Shown here one piece after another: positions 10,040 to 19,378 of a stretch of DNA of 64,000 nucleotides. The notes beneath the pieces are model-generated. The model saw nothing but the letters and a program-made list of their open reading frames with translations, was not told the origin of the DNA and made no database searches. The position numbers and the translations under genes are program-made. This DNA is from a virus (Duplodnaviria; Caudoviricetes), in the IMG/VR virus record IMGVR_UViG_3300003086_000115; one strand, given 5' to 3'. Within the stretch, counting starts at the first letter, position 1, and every line of letters starts with the position of its first letter.

Positions 10040-10819
10040 ATGAATGTAGCACTAGTTACCGGAGGATTCGACCCGATACACAGCGGTCATCTTGCTTACT
10101 TTAAAGAAGCACACAAAATCGGCAGACTTGTAGTCGGTGTTAACAGCGATGAATGGTTAGCACGAAAGAAAGGCCGTGCGTTTATGCCGTTGACAGAACG
10201 TGTTGAAATATTACGTAATATCAGAGGTGTAAGTGATGTAATAGTATTCGACGATGCCGACGATACTGCTTGTGATGCTATTGCAATAACAGCACGTATG
10301 TACTATGATGCAACTATACATTTTATTAATGGCGGCGATAGAACAAAAGAAAATATTCCAGAAATGAGTTGTAACCATGTCCATAACTGGACAAATATTG
10401 AGTACCATTTTGGTGTTGGAGGAAACGATAAAAAGAATTCATCGTCATGGATACTAGAAGAATGGAAATCACCTAAAACAGAACGTACTTGGGGTTATTA
10501 TCGTGTAATACACGAAACAGATACACATAAAGTAAAAGAGCTAACAGTAGATCCCGGTAAAAGTCTAAGTTTACAAAGACATCAACATAGAAGTGAGTTT
10601 TGGTTTGTGTCAGAGGGAATAGCAACTGTTGAACAAAGTAGCCAGGATGGTCTCGACGACCTAATTAAGAAAGAATTAAATGTGTACGACTCAACTAGTA
10701 TACTAATAGATGATTGGCATAGGCTTAGTAATAATACACTTCAGCCAGTTAAAATTATCGAAATACAGTACGGTGATCAATGTGTTGAGGAAGATATAGA
10801 ACGAAAAGATTGCGACTAA
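10040..10819 (+). CDS. Cytidylyltransferase fused to mannose-6-phosphate isomerase-type cupin
   Basis: TGGFDPIHSGH (HxGH), NGGDR; C-terminal RTWGYY...LSLQRHQHRSEFW...EIQYG...EEDIER. Confidence 0.85.
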   Translation: MNVALVTGGFDPIHSGHLAYFKEAHKIGRLVVGVNSDEWLARKKGRAFMPLTERVEILRNIRGVSDVIVFDDADDTACDAIAITARMYYDATIHFINGGDRTKENIPEMSCNHVHNWTNIEYHFGVGGNDKKNSSSWILEEWKSPKTERTWGYYRVIHETDTHKVKELTVDPGKSLSLQRHQHRSEFWFVSEGIATVEQSSQDGLDDLIKKELNVYDSTSILIDDWHRLSNNTLQPVKIIEIQYGDQCVEEDIERKDCD

Positions 10820-10820
10820 A

Positions 10821-11504
10821 ATGATTAGAATGTTTATAGGGTATGACAGGGATATACCTGTTATATACCATGCGCTATGTCACAGTGTAATACGACATAG
10901 TTCAGAACCAGTATCGTTTACTCCAATAGCAAGGCATCATGTTAGTGATGTGTACACAAAGCCGACATCAGATATAGAAGCTACAGAGTTTAGTATGACC
11001 CGATTCCTTACCCCGTACCTATCTAATTATGAAGGGTGGTCTATTTTTACTGATAATGATATGATAGTTACAGCAGATATAGCTGAGCTATGGGCTCTCA
11101 GAGATGATAAGTACGCCGTAATGTGTACTAAGCATGACTACACAGTGTCAACAGCAACAAAGTTTCTAAATAGAAAACAAACAGCGTATCAGAAGAAGAA
11201 TTGGTCTAGTGTTATGATGTTTAATAATGCTAGATGCAAAGCACTAACACCTGACGTAGTAAACACAGAGTCGGGGTTATTTTTGCACCAGTTTAAGTGG
11301 TTAGAAGATGATAGTTTAATAGGTGATATACCATTAGAATGGAACTTCTTAGTAGATGAGATAGCGAAGCCAGAAACCATACCTAAACTAATACATTACA
11401 CATTGGGTGGTCCTTACTTTAACGACTATATGGATACCCAATACGCAAGCGAATGGCTTAAAGAATATAAACTAATGAATAACGCCGCACAGGTAAAAAA
11501 CTAG
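10821..11504 (+). CDS. Glycosyltransferase (GT-A, GT8-like)
   Basis: FIGYD, TEFSMTRF, DxD (DND), KNWSSVM, HYTLGGP. Confidence 0.8.
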   Translation: MIRMFIGYDRDIPVIYHALCHSVIRHSSEPVSFTPIARHHVSDVYTKPTSDIEATEFSMTRFLTPYLSNYEGWSIFTDNDMIVTADIAELWALRDDKYAVMCTKHDYTVSTATKFLNRKQTAYQKKNWSSVMMFNNARCKALTPDVVNTESGLFLHQFKWLEDDSLIGDIPLEWNFLVDEIAKPETIPKLIHYTLGGPYFNDYMDTQYASEWLKEYKLMNNAAQVKN

Positions 11505-11512
11505 ACGGTATT

Positions 11513-12502
11513 ATGATAGATTACAAGGAATACACGAATCGTCACGAAGAATGGAAGAACTTAGGACTAGATAAATTAAAGTGTGCTTTATGGTATATAG
11601 ACTATGAGATCGAATCATTTAGCGGATCGAGAATTGCACCCCATAATACTAGTCTTCATTGTATATCAATTGATTATTTAAAAACCAAACAATGTTGGAA
11701 TATTAGTCCTTATATCTTTATAGTGGATGTAGAAGGGAATTCTTCGCATTGGGTAAATTATAAAGATACTATATATGTATGGGATGCCTCTTTCTTAGAT
11801 AGTAAACAGTTTACTCCTTATTTTTGGTGGATGAACGAAACTGCTAGAGTAGAGAAAAGTGTAAATTACGCAAGCCGATTAATTCCGTGTAATAATAATT
11901 CAAAAACATTTGACTGTTTGTTAGGGAGCAAACACACCCATAGAGATTACATCTACAATGCGTTAAAGGATAATCCAGCTGTCTTGCTCACCTATTTCGG
12001 GGCTGATAATAAGTGGATTAAAGGTAACGAAAATGATAATTTTGTTGAGTGGGATTCATCTGAACAAAGAATCTACAAAGGTAAGAACGTTACAGTTAAT
12101 ATTAGTTGCTTTATTCCTTGGCAGATTTACAATAAGACTTGGTTTAGTATTATTGCTGAGACTGATCCTAATAGAACATTTCTTACAGAAAAGACAGCAA
12201 AGCCAATAATGGCTAGAAGGTTGTTTATTACAATTGGTGCTAAAGGAATGCTGAAAGGGTTAAGAGGTATAGGATACAAAACGTTTGATACTGTAATAGA
12301 TGAGAGTTATGATGAAGAAGACGATGACCAAAAAAGATGGGATATGGCTATTCAGCAAGTTAGGTACCTATGTACTAAAGATCTGTGTCTAATAACTAAG
12401 GAAATAGAAGATATTACATTGCATAATAAGAAATGTTTAATCGAGTATGCTGAAGATAACCATCTTTCGAATCAGATTAGGGAAATAGTAGGAACAAGTT
12501 GA
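11513..12502 (+). CDS. Glycosyltransferase-like 'FLTEKT' family protein
   Basis: SIIAET...FLTEKTAKP...GYKTFDTVIDESYD. Confidence 0.55.
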   Translation: MIDYKEYTNRHEEWKNLGLDKLKCALWYIDYEIESFSGSRIAPHNTSLHCISIDYLKTKQCWNISPYIFIVDVEGNSSHWVNYKDTIYVWDASFLDSKQFTPYFWWMNETARVEKSVNYASRLIPCNNNSKTFDCLLGSKHTHRDYIYNALKDNPAVLLTYFGADNKWIKGNENDNFVEWDSSEQRIYKGKNVTVNISCFIPWQIYNKTWFSIIAETDPNRTFLTEKTAKPIMARRLFITIGAKGMLKGLRGIGYKTFDTVIDESYDEEDDDQKRWDMAIQQVRYLCTKDLCLITKEIEDITLHNKKCLIEYAEDNHLSNQIREIVGTS

Positions 12503-12527
12503 CACACTTCTTCACCGATGTTATAAT
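12499..12527 (+). promoter_or_regulatory. Sigma70-type early promoter
   Basis: TTGACA-17nt-TATAAT, perfect consensus. Confidence 0.85.
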
Positions 12528-12558
12528 AGTGGTACTTTAACAATAAAGGGAGTTAGGG

Positions 12559-13560
12559 ATGAAGGTAAAGGTATTCAATGGCCATTACGGCAAAAAATCA
12601 GTAAACGGTGTTACATTCGAAGCACTAAGTGAACCAGCGCACGGTAAAGATGGATATTACATTAGTGTAAAGCCAAATAAAACAGTCGGCAATCTAGCAT
12701 GTAAGAGAATTAGAATTAAACTTACTAGCATAGATGATGTTAAGCACTTAGGTAAAAAGCCTACAGTAAACGAATATAAAGAAACAGATTCTCAAGTTAC
12801 TGAGCGCATCACAGAGCGGTTTGATATCTTAACAGAAATGACTAAGGCCGCTATTGCAACAGACGTTAAAGCAATGATTGTATCAGGTCCTCCGGGTATT
12901 GGTAAGTCGTACGGCGTAGAAAAAGAATTAGAAAAAGCGAGCATGTTTGATGTAATTGCAAATACTGCCCCAAAATACGAAGTAGTTAAAGGCGCAATGA
13001 CTGCACTAGGTTTATACTCAAAACTATTTCAACATTCGGGAAACGGTAATGTAATTGTATTTGATGACTGTGATGTTGTCCTACAAGACGATTTGAGTTT
13101 AAACTTACTTAAAGCGGCGCTAGACAGCGGTAGAAAACGTACTGTTTGTTGGAATGCAGATAGTAACTTACTGCGTAGAGAAGGAATTCCAAACAGTTTT
13201 GATTTTATGGGATCAGTGATCTTTATTACTAACCTGAAGTTTGAAAATGTTAAGAGTAAGAAATTACAAGATCATTTAGCGGCATTACAGAGTAGATGTC
13301 ACTACTTAGATTTAACATTAGATACTATGCGTGATAAACACTTGCGCGTTAAACAGATTTATGCAACAGGTGAACTGTTTAGGAATTATAGATTTGGTGA
13401 AGAAATTGGAGATGAAATAATTAAGTTCATGGGAGATAATAAAGATGAACTACGTGAGATGAGTCTAAGGATGGCATTAAAGATTGCAGACTTAGTCTTA
13501 GTTAGTAAAGACAGATGGAAAGTACTTGCTAAGAACACGTGTATGAAAAATAGTTTTTAA
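12559..13560 (+). CDS. AAA+ family ATPase
   Basis: Walker A GPPGIGKS, Walker B VIVFDDCD, FITN sensor, ALQSR arginine finger. Confidence 0.85.
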   Translation: MKVKVFNGHYGKKSVNGVTFEALSEPAHGKDGYYISVKPNKTVGNLACKRIRIKLTSIDDVKHLGKKPTVNEYKETDSQVTERITERFDILTEMTKAAIATDVKAMIVSGPPGIGKSYGVEKELEKASMFDVIANTAPKYEVVKGAMTALGLYSKLFQHSGNGNVIVFDDCDVVLQDDLSLNLLKAALDSGRKRTVCWNADSNLLRREGIPNSFDFMGSVIFITNLKFENVKSKKLQDHLAALQSRCHYLDLTLDTMRDKHLRVKQIYATGELFRNYRFGEEIGDEIIKFMGDNKDELREMSLRMALKIADLVLVSKDRWKVLAKNTCMKNSF

Positions 13561-13567
13561 AGAGTTC

Positions 13568-13667
13568 GTTAGATGCTTGTGTTGCTCCCTTGAGACACTC
13601 CCTAAATAAGCATTTAACAACACCCGGGTTACAAGACATGTTTCCTTTATTGTTAGTCTTGTAACCC
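13568..13667 (+). ncRNA. Tandem 12-bp hairpins with anti-SD loops (candidate regulatory RNA)
   Basis: Stems 13568-79/13607-18 (two G-U pairs favour + strand) and 13626-37/13656-67 (perfect); loops contain CTCCCT and TTCCTTTATTGTTA. Confidence 0.55.
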
Positions 13668-13691
13668 ACCCTATTAAAGAGAAGAGGTAAT

Positions 13692-15149
13692 GTGAAAGCA
13701 ATTATAATTATACAAGACGAAGTTAACTGTGCTGTAAAAGGCGTAGAGTTAGACGTTCGTAAGAAACTTGTAGGTATGTTTAAATATGACATCCCAGGAG
13801 CAAGATATATGCCTGCTTATCGTCTAGGACGTTGGGACGGGACTGTATCTTTTTTCAACTTAGGCGGCACTACGTTTGTTAATTTACTGCCTAAAATTAT
13901 TCCTGTTCTAATTGCTAATCATTATGAAATTGAATTAGATGATAAACGAACACAGACGACACCGATAGATATAGCACCTATTGATGATAGTACATTTCGA
14001 CATATTAAATGGCCCGAGAAGCATGTAGTTGCAGGCGAGCCAATTATTCTACGTGATTATCAAGTTGAGATTGTTAATAATTTCTTGGAAAATCCGCAAT
14101 GCTTACAAGAAATAGCTACAGGTGCAGGTAAGACATTAGTTACAGCGGCACTAAGTGAACGTGCAGAAGCATACGGCAGAAGTATAGTAATTGTACCTAA
14201 CAAGAGTTTAGTAGTACAAACAGAAGCAGACTATATTAACATGCAATTAGATGTAGGTGTGTATTTCGGCGATAGAAAAGACATAGGCAAAACACATACT
14301 ATTTGTACATGGCAAAGTCTTAACATGTTAATGAAGAATACTAAGAAAGGTGTAGCAGAGATTACAATACACGACTTCTTAGAAGATGTCATATGTGTTA
14401 TTGTTGATGAAGTGCATAGTGCTAAAGCAGATGCACTTAAAACATTACTAACAGGACCAATGCGTAACATTCCCTTACGTTGGGGACTAACAGGTACAGT
14501 ACCTAAAGAAGAGTTTGAGTTTGCTTCATTAAGAGTAAGCCTAGGCGAAGTTATTAATAAGGTATCAGCAAGTGAATTGCAAGACAAAGGTGTGCTTGCT
14601 AATTGTCATGTGAATATTGTGCAGTTACTTGATCACGCTCAGCACAGTAACTATCAAAGTGAGTTGAAGTACTTATTAAGTGACCCTGATCGTTTGGATA
14701 CGATGGCAAATCTTGTACGTAAGGCTAATGAAACTGGCAACACTCTTGTGCTTGTAGACCGTGTACAAGCAGGCAAAGATTTAGTAGAACGCTTAGGAGA
14801 AGATGCTGTGTTTGTTAGTGGTGCAACTAAAGGAAAAGACAGACAAGAGCAGTATGATGAAGTTGCAGATTCAAGTAACAAGATTATTGTAGCAACGTAC
14901 GGTGTTGCGGCAGTAGGTATTAATATCCCTAGGATATTTAACTTAATGCTTATTGAACCCGGTAAGTCTTTTGTGCGAGTAATACAGTCTATAGGACGAG
15001 GTATTCGTAAAGCACAAGATAAAGACGAAGTACAAATATGGGATATTACTAGTAGCTGTAAGTTTGCTAAACGGCATTTAACTAAACGTAAGAAATTCTA
15101 TAAAGAAGCAGAGTACCCTTTCTCGTTAGAGAAATTAGAATGGAAGTAA
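13692..15149 (+). CDS. uvsW: SF2 DNA/RNA helicase UvsW
   Basis: LRDYQ, ATGAGKT, DEVH, GLTGT, QSIGRGIR. Confidence 0.9.
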   Translation: MKAIIIIQDEVNCAVKGVELDVRKKLVGMFKYDIPGARYMPAYRLGRWDGTVSFFNLGGTTFVNLLPKIIPVLIANHYEIELDDKRTQTTPIDIAPIDDSTFRHIKWPEKHVVAGEPIILRDYQVEIVNNFLENPQCLQEIATGAGKTLVTAALSERAEAYGRSIVIVPNKSLVVQTEADYINMQLDVGVYFGDRKDIGKTHTICTWQSLNMLMKNTKKGVAEITIHDFLEDVICVIVDEVHSAKADALKTLLTGPMRNIPLRWGLTGTVPKEEFEFASLRVSLGEVINKVSASELQDKGVLANCHVNIVQLLDHAQHSNYQSELKYLLSDPDRLDTMANLVRKANETGNTLVLVDRVQAGKDLVERLGEDAVFVSGATKGKDRQEQYDEVADSSNKIIVATYGVAAVGINIPRIFNLMLIEPGKSFVRVIQSIGRGIRKAQDKDEVQIWDITSSCKFAKRHLTKRKKFYKEAEYPFSLEKLEWK

Positions 15150-16168
15150 AAAACTTTATTGATTTTCAAGGTGGTGCACATGGTAACTACCTTATGTTTA
15201 TTTGTAATAAGTTTCTATCAAATGTTCCTTCAAACGTTATGGATTTTCTACCGTTCGATGAACATGGATCGTCACACGCTGGTCGTAAGAGGTTAGATTA
15301 CGAACAATACAAAGAGTTTAAATGGGTTCATTCGATTACTTTACCTTTTGCAGAATTTACCAATATGGTAGACGGTAATATTATTCACGTACACATAGAT
15401 ACAGATGATTTACTATTGTTAAACCAAGTTAGTCTAGTGCGAGCTGGTAATCATAACATCACAGATTTAGAAACTAATACATATAACAAACTTAATATAC
15501 CTGATTATAAATGGGTGCTTGATAATATCATAGAATCCTTTTTCTTTAATCAAGTAAAGGAGAGTTATGATGCAGTTAGTGATCCTTTATGGCTAGAAGT
15601 TAATACATTAGAAGAATATAATAGTTTACCAGAGCATATTTTAGAAGAGTGTAAGTCTGTACACGATTTAAAAGTTTTTGATCTATCTGAAGAGTCGCCG
15701 GATTGTCCTAAACACATTCTTAGAGAGTTTTTTAAAATAGGGTTTAAGTACCCAGCATCGCACGGGTTTATGCAAATACAGGACCAAACAACAGAACTAG
15801 AGGTCTATAAGAATAATCGTGTTTTTTATTTTGCATACAATGCGTTCTATGATTTAGACTTGTTCACAACTGAGATAACAAGATTAGCTGAGTTCTTAGA
15901 TTTTCCGTTTTCTGTATCTAGTGAGTTTAATGAAATTCACCAAATGTTTTTAGAAAAACAACCATTTATAGACTCTAAGAAAAGATGCGATGCAATAGTA
16001 GATAGCATATTGCATCAGAACGAAACGTTGGACTTAAATGTTACATTGCTAGAAGAAAGTTATATTAATGCACAATTAGAATTGCTAACTAACAAAGAGA
16101 TGCCAACTAATCAAGATCAATATTTTAATACAATACAGGACATACAAGAGTATCTTAAAAATGCATAA
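15140..16168 (+). CDS. Hypothetical protein (P-loop-like N-terminus, DPxW motif)
   Basis: IDFQGGAHGNYL; YDAVSDPLW...LPEHILEEC resembles the 5610 protein. Confidence 0.5.
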   Translation: MEVKNFIDFQGGAHGNYLMFICNKFLSNVPSNVMDFLPFDEHGSSHAGRKRLDYEQYKEFKWVHSITLPFAEFTNMVDGNIIHVHIDTDDLLLLNQVSLVRAGNHNITDLETNTYNKLNIPDYKWVLDNIIESFFFNQVKESYDAVSDPLWLEVNTLEEYNSLPEHILEECKSVHDLKVFDLSEESPDCPKHILREFFKIGFKYPASHGFMQIQDQTTELEVYKNNRVFYFAYNAFYDLDLFTTEITRLAEFLDFPFSVSSEFNEIHQMFLEKQPFIDSKKRCDAIVDSILHQNETLDLNVTLLEESYINAQLELLTNKEMPTNQDQYFNTIQDIQEYLKNA

Positions 16169-16176
16169 TTAGTATT

Positions 16177-16524
16177 ATGGTAAATTGCATAATTATTATT
16201 ATGCATTTAGAAAGATACTACGGACATTTAGCGGACGTAAGCGGAGAATATCATAAGGTCGAACTAACGCCTTTTGGTTTAGAGGTAATAGTGTGTTACT
16301 CCGGTTGTTGCCGAATCTTAATGAACCACGCAAGAGATAGGTTAGAAAAGCCCGGAATGAAATGGGCAACAGATAACTGTCTTGACCAAACGGTGTATAT
16401 TAAAATGAAAGAGTATATCGGAGAACATGGGCATAATCTGTTGCATTACAGGATCATAACTTACATGAAACCACGGGACGTTACATTCTGGAAGTTAACG
16501 TATCCTAATAGCCTTGCATTTTAA
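16177..16524 (+). CDS. Hypothetical protein (possible distant member of the C-terminal FxLKW family)
   Basis: Ends MKPRDVTFWKLTYP; true start uncertain. Confidence 0.4.
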   Translation: MVNCIIIIMHLERYYGHLADVSGEYHKVELTPFGLEVIVCYSGCCRILMNHARDRLEKPGMKWATDNCLDQTVYIKMKEYIGEHGHNLLHYRIITYMKPRDVTFWKLTYPNSLAF

Positions 16525-16593
16525 AATCACCAAAGACAGATTAAAGACATAGTTATTGGTTAGCTTTAGGTTATCTTCATATATAATACACTT

Positions 16594-17094
16594 ATGAAAA
16601 TACACACACTTGAAGACACAGCATACGAATTAGATGAATTACCTGAGAAGATAGATGATTTAAGATTTTCTATTTTTGACAACAGCAATCCTAAGGACCC
16701 AGACTATTTTTATATTCCTTTAATCTTTTTAGAAAGCTTTACTGCACCTGCGCTTGTTTTAAGAATCGGCGATAAAGTTCTTAAAATGCCTATGGACTGG
16801 CATCTATTAATAGGCGAATACGAAACAGGCGATTTAGAAGCATTGCAATTAACAAGTATAAATGATAGAGATTTCAAAGCGTTTGAATTTAACAGTCTAA
16901 GTGGTTACAGTGCTGACTTTTTACCTGTAGAAGTATTAGATGTATATAACGAAGTACAATGGTATAATCCTAAGTTAAAAAACGGGCAGTATTTAGCCGT
17001 GCCGATAGATGAAGGTTCTAAACCTAGAGTAGTGTATTTTATTAAAGATGTGTCTAGAAATTGTCAAATAGTAGATTACTCACAGGCCTGGTAA
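16594..17094 (+). CDS. Hypothetical phage protein
   Basis: Clean ORF heading a coupled replication block; TATAAT 6 nt before ATG. Confidence 0.6.
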   Translation: MKIHTLEDTAYELDELPEKIDDLRFSIFDNSNPKDPDYFYIPLIFLESFTAPALVLRIGDKVLKMPMDWHLLIGEYETGDLEALQLTSINDRDFKAFEFNSLSGYSADFLPVEVLDVYNEVQWYNPKLKNGQYLAVPIDEGSKPRVVYFIKDVSRNCQIVDYSQAW

Positions 17095-17541
17095 ATGGCA
17101 CAAAAGTTAGATATATTTAAAGTATTACGAGCAGTTGATAAGAAGGATTATGCATTCTACGACACGTTAACAGACGAAGAGAAGAAAGGTTTTACGGCAT
17201 TTTTAGGGTTAAAGTGGGGTGCAAGCGTAGAAGGTAACCAAACGATACAGCACTACTACCTAGCAAGTATGAACCATCATGCAAACAAACACTTGTTCAA
17301 CATTAGTAAACACCCTAAGTTACAGTGGCTAACATTAGCGGCAGGCAGTCCTAATTTTGGACAGCAACGACATAATTGGATAAAAGGTAAAAAGAAAATA
17401 TCTACTAAAAAACAAGACGATATTAAGAAAGAATTGATAATGTTATATCCATCCTACAAAGAAGATGAGATAGAATTGCTAAGTACAATGGTTACAAAAA
17501 AAGAGATAAAGCAGTATGCTAAAGACAGCGGTCAAGTCTAA
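17095..17541 (+). CDS. Possible clamp-loader small subunit (gp62-like)
   Basis: Size and helical pattern, MN...HPKLQWL...RHNWIK, in replication block; weak recognition. Confidence 0.4.
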   Translation: MAQKLDIFKVLRAVDKKDYAFYDTLTDEEKKGFTAFLGLKWGASVEGNQTIQHYYLASMNHHANKHLFNISKHPKLQWLTLAAGSPNFGQQRHNWIKGKKKISTKKQDDIKKELIMLYPSYKEDEIELLSTMVTKKEIKQYAKDSGQV

Positions 17542-18211
17542 GCTTGAATGTAGGTTTTGCGGCAAAGTTTACAAGCGCGAGAAAGCATTTGTAGTACATG
17601 TTTGCGAGAAGAGAAAGAGATGGGAAGAACGAAAGGAAAAAGGCGTAAGACTAGGATACAATACATTCTTAAAGTTTTACAAATATACGCACGTCGCAGG
17701 AAAAGAAAAAAGCCATGAAGAGTTTATACATAGTCCATACTATAAAGCGTTTGTTAAGTTTGGTAGGTACTGTGTAGACATTAATGCTATAGGTGTTAAT
17801 AGGTTTGCTGATTATGTTATACAGAGTGGCAGAAAGCTAGACTATTGGTGTAGTGATGTAGTATACACAGAGCATTTAGAGAAGCTACTAAGAGTAGAGA
17901 ATCCAACAGATGCATTAGCAAGAGCCATACAGCATGGCATTAAATGGGGAGAAGTGAATAATGCAAATGAATATGACATGTTACGATATGGTAAGACTAA
18001 TGAAGTCTGCTATTCAATAGATAATGGGCATATTAGTCCTTGGGTTGTATATAGTTGCGATAGTGGTGTTGCTTATTTAAGTAGCTTAACTACAGAGCAA
18101 ACACGTATAATATGGGATAAGATCAATCCAGACATTTGGCAACCTAAATTTGCAAAGTACAGAGAAGAAAAGGAATTTCTAGAAAAAATGCTAAAAGAGG
18201 CAGGCTGGTAA
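17516..18211 (+). CDS. Hypothetical protein with N-terminal zinc finger
   Basis: CRFCGKVYKREKAFVVHVC. Confidence 0.55.
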   Translation: MLKTAVKSKLECRFCGKVYKREKAFVVHVCEKRKRWEERKEKGVRLGYNTFLKFYKYTHVAGKEKSHEEFIHSPYYKAFVKFGRYCVDINAIGVNRFADYVIQSGRKLDYWCSDVVYTEHLEKLLRVENPTDALARAIQHGIKWGEVNNANEYDMLRYGKTNEVCYSIDNGHISPWVVYSCDSGVAYLSSLTTEQTRIIWDKINPDIWQPKFAKYREEKEFLEKMLKEAGW

Positions 18212-19267
18212 GTGCTAAAAATTAATAGTAAAGGAAGTTCGGTACATGGATACCTAGAGCAGTATAACGTTTGGGTAGATTGGTATAATTTTTATGTAGA
18301 AAAGCATTCTCCTGTTGTTAGTTTGAGTCATAATGGGATTCCAGTTCTTCAATACTTTGATATAGAAAATATTAATAGTGCAACAAGTTCGATTGTATTC
18401 ATTGATTGCTGTACTGAAGGACTTCATTCGATAGAATACTTTAACCAGTATAGGAAAGATCATTATTATGTTATATTCAGTAATGGCTGGTGGGATCAGA
18501 ATAAAATAAAATTAGGTATAGAGTATGATCTAGTTTGGTATCCTTTTTTCTTATATGATATGAATAATGTGTATTATAATCCGTATAAATTTGCATTTTA
18601 TTTAGACAAAGCTTATTCTGATGACTATCCAAAGCCCTTTATATTTGTTTCTACAACCGGAAATACTAGACCAGAACGAGATTTATTGATTGATAGTATT
18701 AAAGCGAATATAGAGTATGATAATTTTATATTAAGATATAGCGGTGTTGATTTTAAAGCTGATTCTAAAGAATATGATATAATTGAGTTTGAAGTTGGTG
18801 AATTTGATCCTTATACAGCTGTCTTAAAAAAGCATTACCATACGGTTAGTCAATCTGTGCCTATTGATATGTATAACCGAGCGTATTTTAATTTAGTTGT
18901 AGAAACAGATCTAGATCTTCAAGATTGTTTTTTCTTGACAGAAAAAACAATCAAGGCAATCTATACAGGGATACCATTTATAATAGTAAGTACACCATAT
19001 TTTTTAAAACATTTAAGAGAGCTAGGATTTTGCACATATAATGATTTATGGGACGAATCGTACGACACTGAATTAGATTTTAATAAAAGAGTTGATAAAA
19101 TTGTGAAATTATGCAATGAATTGCAGTATTTTGATTGGAAAGGCAATAAAGATAAGTTAGCATTAGTGCGTTACAAAAACTTTGAAAATGCGCATCGACT
19201 TAATAGGTTAGCAGATACCGGATTCAAAAAGTTCGAAGAAATAATAAAGAGAATAGAGACAAGTTAG
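18212..19267 (+). CDS. Glycosyltransferase-like 'FLTEKT' family protein
   Basis: NLVVET...FLTEKTIK...PFI...GFCTYNDLWDESYD. Confidence 0.55.
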   Translation: MLKINSKGSSVHGYLEQYNVWVDWYNFYVEKHSPVVSLSHNGIPVLQYFDIENINSATSSIVFIDCCTEGLHSIEYFNQYRKDHYYVIFSNGWWDQNKIKLGIEYDLVWYPFFLYDMNNVYYNPYKFAFYLDKAYSDDYPKPFIFVSTTGNTRPERDLLIDSIKANIEYDNFILRYSGVDFKADSKEYDIIEFEVGEFDPYTAVLKKHYHTVSQSVPIDMYNRAYFNLVVETDLDLQDCFFLTEKTIKAIYTGIPFIIVSTPYFLKHLRELGFCTYNDLWDESYDTELDFNKRVDKIVKLCNELQYFDWKGNKDKLALVRYKNFENAHRLNRLADTGFKKFEEIIKRIETS

Positions 19268-19269
19268 TG

Positions 19270-19378
19270 GAAGAGATACGCTATAAAAATTTTAAATGCT
19301 ATGCGACTTAATAAAGTAGCGAGTAAGAGCTTTAAAGAGTTTGAAAATGCATTAAGGGGAATAGAGAGTGCGAATTGA
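19270..19378 (+). pseudogene. 3' relic of a paralogue/allele of the 18212 gene
   Basis: Reads IRYKNF/(frameshift)/NAMRLNKVASKSFKEFENALRGIESAN*, versus VRYKNFENAHRLNRLADTGFKKFEEIIKRIETS* directly upstream. Confidence 0.7.

Noticed and set aside
13529-13670. Minus-strand reading as a CsrA/RsmA sponge (ANGGA loops) or a small ORF MSCNPG...
   Set aside because: G-U pairs in hairpin 1 would be A-C mismatches on the minus strand and surrounding transcription is +; disfavoured but not excluded
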